Positions 15,171-23,499 of a stretch of 32,000 nt of DNA are shown piece after piece (positions within the stretch are counted from its first letter, which is position 1; every line of letters begins with the position of its first letter). The stretch covers positions 3,090,001 to 3,122,000 of the forward strand of contig NZ_CP030918.1 in NCBI RefSeq assembly GCF_003324675.1, given 5' to 3'. A program made the translations under genes and the position numbers. The notes under the pieces were generated by a model. It had not been told where the DNA came from and ran no database searches. It worked only from the letters and a program-made list of their open reading frames with translations. The DNA comes from Paracoccus suum (GTDB lineage Bacteria > Pseudomonadota > Alphaproteobacteria > Rhodobacterales > Rhodobacteraceae).

Positions 15171-16565
15171 TTACCAGTTCGGCGAAATACCTGCGGGTAA
15201 CCAGCACGCACCTTGACCCACGAGCGCACCACCGGCTGAAGCAGTGGCGAGCATCCCGTCTACCGTGGCGAAGAGTGGGTCAGCTGGATCGATGAATGTT
15301 GCCTTGAAAGTTGGATCGGCTGGCGTCGGCCACTCTAAGATCATTGGGTCGTTTGCTGTCGGGACATGGAATCCGTGTGCTGCGGCATGATCGCGAATGG
15401 CACGAGCAGGCGCGGCCGGCACGACCATCCTCACGTCACCATGGCCAGATTCACCAGGAGCGTATCCGTAGACCATTACATTGGTGCTAGAGGATGCTAC
15501 TTCGTAGGCTCCCAAGTTTGAGACATAACGCATGCGAAGGTCGAACTCGGCGCGAGGCCTCTGATACTTTCCTTGAAATACGCCGAACCTCATCGTGCCG
15601 ATGGTCGCAACTGGTACGCTTACGTTTGCTGTGCCACTGCCTCCGGAGAAGTGCCTTGCACTGTCTCGGTTGAGGCGAATGACCAATCCAGCAGCGCCGC
15701 CCGCTAGCGTGGATCCGGTCAAGGCTGCTGCCCCGAGTGTCGGTGTCGCGATGCCTGGTGCGAAGAGTACATATGGGGGGAAGGGCGGGCGCGGGCTTGA
15801 GGTAAGCGGTCCGGCAGATGGAGCAACCGTCGCTGTGCTGGGCGGGGCGGAAGGCGCTGCTGCCGCTGAACCCAAAGCTGCTACAGTGCCGCTCTTAACC
15901 GAGACAGGGGGGAACTTGATTAGCGGCTTGAGTCCGATTTTGCTTGATGCCGCCCCGCTGCTTCCAGAAATGGATTGCGTTGTACGTGGCGTAGGGGCCA
16001 CGCCAAGCACTCCGGCGGCGACTAGAGGTGCGAGGTCGGCAAGTGCCGTCACAGTTGAGAGCCCGGGCCGAGGTCCATTGAACCAAGCGTCAATTGCTGC
16101 CGCGACGTCTGAAAGGACGTGATCGGGATCGCCGGTCGATGAATCCAAGAGCAAACCTGCCTCGATGTTCATCCCAGAAATGCCCGGCGTAGTCAGATTT
16201 GCCGATCCAACATAGGCGGCCTGAGTGCCGTCCTGCCTTGTGAAGTGATATACCTTTGGGTGAAATAGCCCCGCAGAGAAGCTAACAACCCCGATCCTTG
16301 CGTTTGCTCTTGGGGTTCCAACGAGATTAACCAGCGTTTCGATATCTGGCTCTCCGGTTTCTCCGCCGTTTGACCCAATTACACAATTCGTCAATCTATC
16401 TTGCGACTTCAGCTCATTTATTACTGGCGCCAAAGGAGCCAGTCCGTCTGCACTAAAGTATCCCGTTTGCCAACGTAGGGCGTCGACAGCCAGGGGACTG
16501 AAGCTGGCGAGCCATTCTCCAAGAACGTCAGACGTGTTTCGAGATGCTGAGTCGATGTATCTCAA
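15171..16565 (-). CDS. Single-HKD phospholipase-D-superfamily nuclease (putative restriction endonuclease/effector), 464 aa, TTG start
   Basis: HKD motif LFHPKVYHFTRQDGTQAAYVGSANLT (aa 100-125, nt 16197-16262). A/S/P/G-rich linker spans aa ~185-295. C-terminal ~170 aa have no family I recognise. The start is TTG at 16565, with an in-frame TGA 2 codons upstream and GGAG 9 nt upstream. Convergent with M2, 24-nt gap. Confidence 0.8.
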   Translation of the reverse strand: MRYIDSASRNTSDVLGEWLASFSPLAVDALRWQTGYFSADGLAPLAPVINELKSQDRLTNCVIGSNGGETGEPDIETLVNLVGTPRANARIGVVSFSAGLFHPKVYHFTRQDGTQAAYVGSANLTTPGISGMNIEAGLLLDSSTGDPDHVLSDVAAAIDAWFNGPRPGLSTVTALADLAPLVAAGVLGVAPTPRTTQSISGSSGAASSKIGLKPLIKFPPVSVKSGTVAALGSAAAAPSAPPSTATVAPSAGPLTSSPRPPFPPYVLFAPGIATPTLGAAALTGSTLAGGAAGLVIRLNRDSARHFSGGSGTANVSVPVATIGTMRFGVFQGKYQRPRAEFDLRMRYVSNLGAYEVASSSTNVMVYGYAPGESGHGDVRMVVPAAPARAIRDHAAAHGFHVPTANDPMILEWPTPADPTFKATFIDPADPLFATVDGMLATASAGGALVGQGACWLPAGISPNW

Positions 16566-16955
16566 GGGTACTCACTCCGGTCGGGGGATGTGGTACGAAT
16601 AACAGCCGCTTATGTTAAAGCACAAGCAGCAAGAGATAGTGTGGGGGCTGCCTCAACCGGGAAGTGGGCCTCGCGGGCGGGCCGCTATAAGAAAACCTTC
16701 TCCGCGCGCTTGGTATCATGCGTTTGCATCGCGCTGCGAAGGGTTTGATTTCAGTTCCATCTAACGAACACCCCTGTCGTCGAAGTGTTCGGAACTTGGT
16801 CGAAAACTAACAAGTAATTTCAATCTGTTGCAAGCTATTCACCAAATTCGCGCAGTCATGAGGTCCGGAGAATATCGGCCCTGAGAGACCGCTTCCGGCC
16901 CGCCCGGTGCCAGGGCCAGTGCTCAGCCCCTCCCGCATAACCCTCGAATACAACG

Positions 16956-16978
16956 GAAAAATCCGGCCGCAGCCGGAT
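16956..16978 (-). terminator. Rho-independent terminator of tRNA-Ser
   Basis: On the minus strand: ATCCGGC-TGCG-GCCGGAT followed by TTTTT, 27 nt downstream of the tRNA 3' end. Confidence 0.75.
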
Positions 16979-17004
16979 CAAGAGAACGCTTTCGCGAGGG
17001 CAAA

Positions 17005-17094
17005 TGGCGGAGTGGAAGGGATTCGAACCCTCGAGACGGTTTCCCGCCTGCACCCTTAGCAGGGGTGTGCCTTCGACCACTCGGCCACCACTCC
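17005..17094 (-). tRNA. tRNA-Ser (anticodon GCU), CCA encoded
   Basis: Minus strand: GGAGTGGTGGCCGAGTGGTCGAAGGCACACCCCTGCTAAGGGTGCAGGCGGGAAACCGTCTCGAGGGTTCGAATCCCTTCCACTCCGCCA. The 7-bp acceptor GGAGTGG pairs with CCACTCC. Anticodon stem CACCC/GGGTG carries loop CT-GCT-AA. Long variable arm and GGTTCGAATCC T-loop are present. Confidence 0.95.
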
Positions 17095-17267
17095 GCCGCG
17101 GGGTCTAGCAGTCGGCGCGCGGGGGAAACAAGGGTAAAATCGTTGGGTGAGGGTTGGATTCAGCTGTAGTTGAGGGAGCCTTCGCGGAGAGAGGGCGACG
17201 GCCTGCTGCCAAGCGGCGCGGCTCCTCTCGCAGAAGGGCGCGGTTACGGCCCGACCTGCCCTGCGCC

Positions 17268-18233
17268 CTACTTTTCGCTCCCGACTCCCGCCAGCATTTC
17301 CGCGGTCGGTGCAAAGAACCTCGCCCCCGTCACAGCACGCGAGGCGTCCAGGATTTTATCGTAAAGTCCGGGCGGATCACCGATGAACATCCGCTCGAGC
17401 ATCTTTTGCGTGACGGCGGGATCGCGGCTGTAGCCGATGAAATAGGTCCCGAACTCGCCCGCGCCGGGGCGACCGAACGGCATGTTGTCGCGCAGGATGT
17501 CATGCTCGGTGCCGTCCGGATCGGTGATTGTGGTCAGCGTTTTGTGTGATTTCTGGGCATCCGCGGGGGCATCGGCCAGTTCGATATTATCGGCCTTGGT
17601 CCGGCCGATGACGGCCTGCTGTGCCTCGGTGCTCTTGGCGTTCCAGACGCCCAGATCATGCAGGTATTTCTGCACCGTCACATGGCTGCCGCCGGCGAAG
17701 TGCCGGTCCTCGTTCCCGACGAGGGTCGAGGCCGGCAGCTTGTCCCCCGTCGGATTCGCAGTGCCATCGATAAAGCCGAGCAGATCACGCGCATCGTAAT
17801 AGCGAAAGCCGAACACCTCGTCGGCGACGGCGACTGCGCCGCGCAACCGGTCGAGGATCAGCGTTTCCAGCGCAAAGCACAGGTCCTGCCGCTCGGCGCG
17901 GATGTGGAATAAAAGATCACCGGGCGTCGCCGGGGCCCGGTGCGGGTTGCCGATGACCGGCTGGAAGGGCGCCAATGCCTTGGGCCGGCGGCGCGGCGAC
18001 AGACGGTCCCACAGGTCCGAGCCGATGGCGACGACACAGCTCAGCTTGGCGTCCAGATGCGGAAAGCTGACTGATTTTACCAGATCGTCGAGGCCGGACA
18101 GCAGGTCGCGCACGGGGGCCAGCGGGCCATCGCCCGCCTCAACGGTCAGTGTCAGAAAGATCGCTGCCCGCGACAGGGGGGCGTCGATGCTCTGTATTTC
18201 GATGGGGACACGGTCCCAGTTCGCTTGGCGCAT
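17268..18233 (-). CDS. Dyp-type (dye-decolorizing) peroxidase family protein
   Basis: 321 aa. Contains [11 protein letters not shown] (the DyP GxxDG motif) and C-terminal [12 protein letters not shown]...MFIG. Confidence 0.85.
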   Translation of the reverse strand: MRQANWDRVPIEIQSIDAPLSRAAIFLTLTVEAGDGPLAPVRDLLSGLDDLVKSVSFPHLDAKLSCVVAIGSDLWDRLSPRRRPKALAPFQPVIGNPHRAPATPGDLLFHIRAERQDLCFALETLILDRLRGAVAVADEVFGFRYYDARDLLGFIDGTANPTGDKLPASTLVGNEDRHFAGGSHVTVQKYLHDLGVWNAKSTEAQQAVIGRTKADNIELADAPADAQKSHKTLTTITDPDGTEHDILRDNMPFGRPGAGEFGTYFIGYSRDPAVTQKMLERMFIGDPPGLYDKILDASRAVTGARFFAPTAEMLAGVGSEK

Positions 18234-18285
18234 GGCGAGCTCCCTTGCCGCGCAGGGAAACGCGGCGGGCCGCCCGGGTCAACCC

Positions 18286-19383
18286 TCAGCCGTTGAAGAG
18301 GAAGTGCAGGACGTCCCCGTCCTTGACCTCGTAGCCTTTGCCTTCGACCCGGAACCGACCCGCCTCGCGCGCGCCCGCCTCGCCATTGCCTGCAATGTAA
18401 TCGTCATAGGCGATGGTCTCGGCCCGGATGAAGCCACGCTCGAAATCACCATGGATGACGCCCGCCGCCTGCGGGGCCATGGTGCCGCGCGTGATGGTCC
18501 AGGCGCGCGCCTCCTTGGGGCCGACGGTAAAATAGGTCTGCAGACCCAGCAATTCGTAGCCGGCGCGGATCAGCCGGTCGAGGCCGGCCTCCGTCAGCCC
18601 CATCTCGCCCAGGAACTCGGCGGCCTCGTCGGCCGGCAGTTGCGACAGCTCTTCCTCGATCCGGGCCGAGATGACCACATGGCCCGCGCCCTCTGCCTCA
18701 GCCCGTTCGGCGACCGCGGCTGTCAGGGCGTTACCCTCGGCCGCCTCGGCCTCGGCGACGTTGCAAACGTAAAGCACCGGCTTGGCGCTCAGCAACTGCA
18801 GCATGTCCCAGGCGCGACGATCATCCTCGGCAATGGTAAGGCTGCGGGCGGGACGCCCGGCCTCAAGCGCCACCAGTGCCGCCTTCAGCAGCCGCTCTTG
18901 CGCGACGGCATCCTTGTCGCCGCCCTTCACCTTGCGAGACAGGTTCGCCAGTCGCCGCTCGATCGATTCCATGTCGGCGATCATCAGCTCGGTCTCGATG
19001 GTCTCGGCATCAGCCAGCGGGTCGATCCGGCCCTCGACATGGGTGATGTCGCCGTCCTCGAAGCAGCGCAGCACATGGGCGATGGCATCGACCTCGCGGA
19101 TGTTGGCGAGGAACTGGTTGCCGAGCCCCTCGCCCTTGCTGGCGCCCTTCACGAGGCCGGCGATGTCGACAAAGGTGATGCGCGTCGGGATGATCTGCTT
19201 GCTGCCGGCGATAGCCGCCAGCTTGTCGAGGCGCGCATCCGGAACGGCCACGTCGCCGACGTTCGGCTCGATGGTGCAGAACGGAAAGTTGGCCGCCTGG
19301 GCGGCCGCGGTGCGGGTCAGGGCGTTGAACAGGGTGGACTTGCCGACATTCGGCAGCCCGACGATTCCCATGCGAAAGCCCAT
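18286..19383 (-). CDS. ychF: Redox-regulated ribosome-binding ATPase YchF
   Basis: 365 aa. [20 protein letters not shown]-loop, [21 protein letters not shown], and the C-terminal TGS-like [13 protein letters not shown]. Confidence 0.95.
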   Translation of the reverse strand: MGFRMGIVGLPNVGKSTLFNALTRTAAAQAANFPFCTIEPNVGDVAVPDARLDKLAAIAGSKQIIPTRITFVDIAGLVKGASKGEGLGNQFLANIREVDAIAHVLRCFEDGDITHVEGRIDPLADAETIETELMIADMESIERRLANLSRKVKGGDKDAVAQERLLKAALVALEAGRPARSLTIAEDDRRAWDMLQLLSAKPVLYVCNVAEAEAAEGNALTAAVAERAEAEGAGHVVISARIEEELSQLPADEAAEFLGEMGLTEAGLDRLIRAGYELLGLQTYFTVGPKEARAWTITRGTMAPQAAGVIHGDFERGFIRAETIAYDDYIAGNGEAGAREAGRFRVEGKGYEVKDGDVLHFLFNG

Positions 19384-19506
19384 GTTGCACCCCTTTTGCG
19401 ATCAGCCCCGGCTAATAGGGCCCGGCCGGCCGGCTTGCAACGGGTGTGCGGTTGCGGCGCAGAACCGGGCGGGCTAACCCTTTGGCATTCGCGTACAGAG
19501 GCTGCC

Positions 19507-20417
19507 ATGACCCGCATCGATGCCACTTTCGACCGCCTTCGGGCCGAGGGCCGCAAGGCCTTCGTCTCCTATGTCATGGCCTGTGACCCGGACCCCGAAA
19601 CCTCCGCGGCGATTCTGGCGGGCCTGCCGGGCGCCGGCGTCGATGTAATCGAGCTGGGGATGCCCTTTACCGATCCGATGGCCGATGGGCCGACTGTCCA
19701 GGCGGCCGGCCAGCGGGCACTCGCAGCCGGCGGCTCGGTGGCGCGGACGCTGGACATGGTGCGCAACTTCCGGCGCCAGGATGACGCGACGCCCATCGTG
19801 CTGATGGGCTATTACAATCCGATCTACGCCGGCCCCGGCGGGGTCGAGGGCTTTCTGTCCGCCGCGGCCGAGGCCGGGATCGACGGGCTGATCGTCGTCG
19901 ACCTGCCCCCGAGGAGGACAGCGAGTTGTGCCTGCCGGCCCGCGCCGCTGGTCTGAATTTCATCCGCCTCGCCACGCCCACGACCGACGCCGAGCGCCTG
20001 CCCAAGGTGCTGCAGAACACCTCGGGGTTCGTCTATTACGTCTCGATGACCGGGATCACGGGGACCGGCGCGGCTGACGCAGCCGTCGTCGGCCCCGAGG
20101 TTGCGCGGATTCGCGAGGCGTCCGGCCTGCCGGTGGTGGTCGGCTTTGGCATTACCACGCCCGAGGCTGCGCGTGCCGTGGCCGAGGTTGCAGACGGCAG
20201 CGTTGTCGGCAGCGCCATCGTGCGCCTGATCGGCGAGGGTCGTCCGGTGAACGAAATCCTCGCCTTCGTGGCGGAGCTTGCGGCCGGGGTGCATGGCGAG
20301 GCCATGACGTCCGGCGTCACGGCGCCCGCCGTTCCGCATACGACCGATACCCCCCTTCCCGATGCCGAGGCGCAGGCGGCGGCGGAAGCCGACGCGGACG
20401 CGCCCGGCCAGGGCTGA
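19507..20417 (+). pseudogene. trpA: Tryptophan synthase alpha chain, interrupted by a -1 frameshift in a C5 run (19906-19910) as the sequence is given
   Basis: The N-terminal part ([29 protein letters not shown]...[12 protein letters not shown]) is the tail of track ORF 17902-19956. The C-terminal part (..[24 protein letters not shown]...[13 protein letters not shown]...GFGI) is ORF 19926-20417 in another frame. Adding one C restores the canonical [14 protein letters not shown]. Confidence 0.85.
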
Positions 20418-20441
20418 TCGCGCGGCGCAGGCGGCCAGCGA

Positions 20442-21644
20442 TCAGTTGCTGACGCCGGTTCCCTGCCCCTGCCCTGCAAGCGCCGCTGCGGCGGCGCCCT
20501 GCTCGGCCTCGATGGCGCGCCACTTGGCGACATTGGCCTCGTGATGCTCCAGCGTCGTGGCAAAGGCGTGCCCGCCGGTGCCGTCGGCGACGAAGTACAG
20601 GTAATTCGTGTCGGCGGGGGCCAGCGCCGCCTGGATCGCGGCCTTGCCCGGGTTGGCGATCGGCGTCGGCGGCAGCCCGGGGATCTGGTAGGTGTTGAAC
20701 GGCGTGCGCGCAGCCAGTTCGGACCGACGCAGCCCGCGATTGAGGACCTCGCGGCCCTTGGTAATGCCATAGATCACGGTCGGATCGGTTTGCAGGCGCA
20801 TGCCGTCGCGCAAGCGGTTCACGAACACGCTGGCGATCTGCGGACGCTCGGCCGCGATGCCGGTCTCTTTCTCGATGATCGAGGCCATGACCAGCGCCTC
20901 CTCGGGCGTCTTGTAGGGCAGATCGAAGGGGCGCGCCTCCCATGCCGCCGCCAGGATCCCCGCCTGGCTCTTTTCCATGTCGTCCAGCAGTTTGCGACGC
21001 TCGAGGCCCTTTTCGATGGCGTAAGTGTCGGGCGCCAGCATCCCCTCGGGGGGCACGCTGCCGGTCTCGCCCGCCAGCAGAGAAATCTGCCGCAGGCCTT
21101 GCACGACCTGGTAGCTGGTCACACCCTCTGCCACCGTCAGCCGCATCCGGGTGCCGCGCTGCGCCTCGGCGCGGGTGATCGCCTCGGGGACCTCGCCGGT
21201 TGCCGGGTCATATTTCACCTGCTCGACGTATTCGCCCGTGGTCGGATCGACATCACGCAGCACCACGCTGTTTTCCCGCACGCCCACGCGGTAAGTCACC
21301 TCGATGCCGCAGGTGGACGGCCCGCCCGCGGTGATGACGCGCAGGATCTCGTCCATGCTGGCGTGCGGCCGGACCAGATAGCTGCCAAATTTCAGGTCGC
21401 GCGACTTGCCGGCGTAATCGGCGCCGGTCCGGAAGATGTAGCTGCTGCTGACGGCACCCTGCTCGGACAGTTGCTTCGAAACCGAATCGAGGCTCGCACC
21501 GGGGGGCACCTGGACGCATTGCGCGATGGCCGAGGGGCCCGGTCCCGAATATTGCCGCTTGCCCCAGGCCACGGCGGCGGCAGCGACGATCAGAATGACC
21601 ACCGCAACCGTCAGGAAGTTCGAGGCGATGTTGCGCCAGATCAT
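20442..21644 (-). CDS. mltG: Endolytic murein transglycosylase MltG (YceG-like)
   Basis: 400 aa from MIWRNIASNFLTVAVVILIVAAAAVAW (N-terminal TM). YceG blocks LVMASIIEKETG and RTPFNTYQIPGLPPTPIANPG. ATGA overlap with the fabF stop at 21641-21644. Confidence 0.9.
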   Translation of the reverse strand: MIWRNIASNFLTVAVVILIVAAAAVAWGKRQYSGPGPSAIAQCVQVPPGASLDSVSKQLSEQGAVSSSYIFRTGADYAGKSRDLKFGSYLVRPHASMDEILRVITAGGPSTCGIEVTYRVGVRENSVVLRDVDPTTGEYVEQVKYDPATGEVPEAITRAEAQRGTRMRLTVAEGVTSYQVVQGLRQISLLAGETGSVPPEGMLAPDTYAIEKGLERRKLLDDMEKSQAGILAAAWEARPFDLPYKTPEEALVMASIIEKETGIAAERPQIASVFVNRLRDGMRLQTDPTVIYGITKGREVLNRGLRRSELAARTPFNTYQIPGLPPTPIANPGKAAIQAALAPADTNYLYFVADGTGGHAFATTLEHHEANVAKWRAIEAEQGAAAAALAGQGQGTGVSN

Positions 21645-22903
21645 GCGTCGACCCGGCCCAGAACCAGGCTGGCGTTGGTGCCGCCAAAGCCGAAGCTGTT
21701 GGACAGCGCCAGGTCGATCTTGCGGCGCACCGCGGCGTTTGCTGCCAGGTCGATCCGCGCCTCGACCGCGGGATTGTCGAGGTTGATGGTCGGCGGCGCG
21801 ATCTGATCGCGGATGGCGAGGATCGAGAAGATTGCCTCGATCGCCCCGGCGGCGCCCAGCAGGTGACCGGTCGCCGATTTGGTCGAGGACATGACCGCCC
21901 CCGAGGCCGCATCGCCCAACAGCCGTTCGACGGCGCCCAGCTCGATGGTATCGGCCATGGTCGAGGTGCCATGGGCGTTGATGTAATCGATTTCGTCGGG
22001 CCGCTTGCCGGCGTGCTTCAGTGCCGCCGACATGCTGCGAAAGCCGCCGTCGCCATCCTCGGACGGCGCTGTGATGTGATAGGCGTCCCCGGACAGGCCA
22101 TAGCCGAGCACCTCGGCATAGATCTTCGCACCGCGGGCTCGGGCATGCTCCAGCTCCTCCAGCACGACGACGCCTGCGCCCTCGCCCATGACAAAGCCGT
22201 CGCGGTCCACGTCCCAGGGACGGCTGGCACGCTTGGGATCGTCGGCGAACTTGGTCGACAGGGCCTTGCAGGCGTTGAAGCCCGCGATGCCGATCTCGCT
22301 GATGGGCGCCTCGGCGCCGCCGGCGAGCATCACATCCGCATCGCCCGCGCGGATCAGCCGCGCCGCGTCGCCGATGGCGTGCGCCCCGGTCGAGCAAGCA
22401 GTCACCACCGCGTGGTTCGGACCCTTGAAGCCAAAGCGGATGCTGACCTGCCCGCTGACCAGGTTGATGAGCGAGCCGGGGATGAAGAACGGGCTGACCC
22501 GCTTGGGCCCGCGCTCCTTGATAAGGACCGCAGTCTCGGCGATCGTGGTCAGGCCGCCGATGCCGCTGCCGATCATGACGCCGGTGCGCTCGCGATCCTC
22601 CTCAGTGGCGGGTTGCCAGCCGCTGTCGGCGACGGCCTGCGTGGCTGCGGCCATGCCATAGAGGATGAAGTCGTCGACCTTGCGCCGGTCCTTTGCCTCC
22701 ATCCAGTCATCGGGATTGAAGCTGCCGTCGCTGCCGTCCCCGAACGGGATCTCGCAGGCGTATTTCGTCACCACGTCGCTGGCGTCAAACCGGGTGATCG
22801 GTCCTGCGCCAGACTGACCGGCGATCAGGCGCGACCAGGTCTCCTCTACCCCCGAGGCCAGTGGCGTGACCATTCCCAACCCGGTGACGACGACCCTTTT
22901 CAT
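21641..22903 (-). CDS. fabF: 3-oxoacyl-ACP synthase II
   Basis: 420 aa. MKRVVVTGLGMVTPL..., active-site VVTACSTGAHAIGDA, NAHGTSTMADT, SNSFGFGGTNASLV. Confidence 0.95.
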   Translation of the reverse strand: MKRVVVTGLGMVTPLASGVEETWSRLIAGQSGAGPITRFDASDVVTKYACEIPFGDGSDGSFNPDDWMEAKDRRKVDDFILYGMAAATQAVADSGWQPATEEDRERTGVMIGSGIGGLTTIAETAVLIKERGPKRVSPFFIPGSLINLVSGQVSIRFGFKGPNHAVVTACSTGAHAIGDAARLIRAGDADVMLAGGAEAPISEIGIAGFNACKALSTKFADDPKRASRPWDVDRDGFVMGEGAGVVVLEELEHARARGAKIYAEVLGYGLSGDAYHITAPSEDGDGGFRSMSAALKHAGKRPDEIDYINAHGTSTMADTIELGAVERLLGDAASGAVMSSTKSATGHLLGAAGAIEAIFSILAIRDQIAPPTINLDNPAVEARIDLAANAAVRRKIDLALSNSFGFGGTNASLVLGRVDA

Positions 22904-22993
22904 ACGCGCGATCCTTAAACGATGCAGGTCGCCGCGTGATACACGGGCGATCCCGCTGGCGCAACGCAGCCCGCAGGGGCACGGCGCGCGGCA

Positions 22994-23031
22994 CCAGAAA
23001 CGAGAAACGGCGCCCGCTGGGGCGCCGTTTC
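22994..23031 (-). terminator. Stem-loop/attenuator downstream of acpP
   Basis: A 12-bp perfect stem GAAACGGCGCCC (23004-23015) pairs with GGGCGCCGTTTC (23020-23031). On the minus strand it is followed by TCGTTTCT. Confidence 0.65.
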
Positions 23032-23054
23032 AGAATTTCCCGGACAGGGCAGGT

Positions 23055-23288
23055 TCAGACCGCGGCCTGGATGAACTTCACGGCATCGCCGAAGGTCTGG
23101 ATGGTTTCGGCGGCGTCGTCGGGGATCTCGATCCCGAACTCTTCCTCGAACGCCATCACCAGCTCGACCGTGTCGAGGCTGTCGGCCCCGAGATCGTCGA
23201 TGAACGAGGCGGTTTCTGTCACCTTGTCCTCGTCGACGCCAAGATGCTCGACGACGATCTTTTTCACGCGATCCGAAATATCGCTCAT
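23055..23288 (-). CDS. acpP: Acyl carrier protein
   Basis: 77 aa with the [21 protein letters not shown] phosphopantetheine-attachment motif. Confidence 0.97.
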   Translation of the reverse strand: MSDISDRVKKIVVEHLGVDEDKVTETASFIDDLGADSLDTVELVMAFEEEFGIEIPDDAAETIQTFGDAVKFIQAAV

Positions 23289-23499
23289 GTCAATTCCTTC
23301 AGTTGGCGGGCCTCCGCCCGGTTCCCCAAGCCGCCGCGCGGCAGAAGCCTAAACGGTCAGCCAACGGCCTTCAGGTCGCGGCATATAGCATCCGCCGCGG
23401 CTCGCGCAAGTGTGCGAGGGGCGTGTGCGCCGCGTGTATCCGCCTGCCCGCGCCACCGCGCCCTGTCCCTGTTGGCCGCGGCGGCGCAGGCGCGCGGGG

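Larger units (their letters stand above)
10498..16950. mobile_element. Genomic island next to the 3' end of tRNA-Ser: decayed serine-recombinase module plus a low-GC R-M-like cassette
   Basis: Recombinase remnant, compositional break at ~12222 and ~16850, and the tRNA 3' end plus its terminator at 16956-17094. Confidence 0.6.

Noticed and set aside
15595-16122. 175-aa plus-strand ORF inside the nuclease gene
   Set aside because: It is antisense to the Ala/Ser/Pro/Gly-rich linker of the PLD protein, and its translation is equally low-complexity. It has no start context and is an artefact of the repeat-like composition.
16612-16773. 53-codon plus-strand ORF (MLKHKQQEIVWGLPQPGSGPRGRAAIRKPSPRAWYHAFASRCEGFDFSSI) in the 440-bp non-coding stretch between the nuclease gene and tRNA-Ser
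   Set aside because: It has no RBS and no recognisable family, and its composition is mixed. The region more probably holds the nuclease promoter and the island boundary. It should only be revisited if expression data show a transcript or peptide.
12222-16860. Possibility that PLD nuclease + MTases represent a DISARM system
   Set aside because: DISARM requires the DrmA helicase and DrmB (DUF1998), plus DrmD/DrmE. No helicase or DUF1998-like ORF is present in or near the cassette. Two paralogous SPPY MTases plus one nuclease fit a type IIS R-M layout better.
10498-17004. Search for an att-type direct repeat of the tRNA-Ser 3' segment (e.g. GGATTCGAACCC.. / TGGCGGAGTGGAAGG) at the internal junctions ~10500, ~12222 and ~16600-16950
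   Set aside because: I found no copy by eye at these junctions. Visual inspection of 32 kb is not exhaustive, so this is unresolved rather than disproved. No att site is claimed.
17902-19506. Upstream 535 codons of the 684-aa ORF 17902-19956
   Set aside because: This stretch is antisense to the DyP peroxidase and ychF genes. Only the last part, from ATG 19507, is real: the trpA N-terminal half.
21645-22397. 5' extension of mltG (track ORF 20442-22397, 651 aa)
   Set aside because: It overlaps fabF out of frame. The MltG N-terminal TM helix begins at Met 21644, with an ATGA overlap to the fabF stop.
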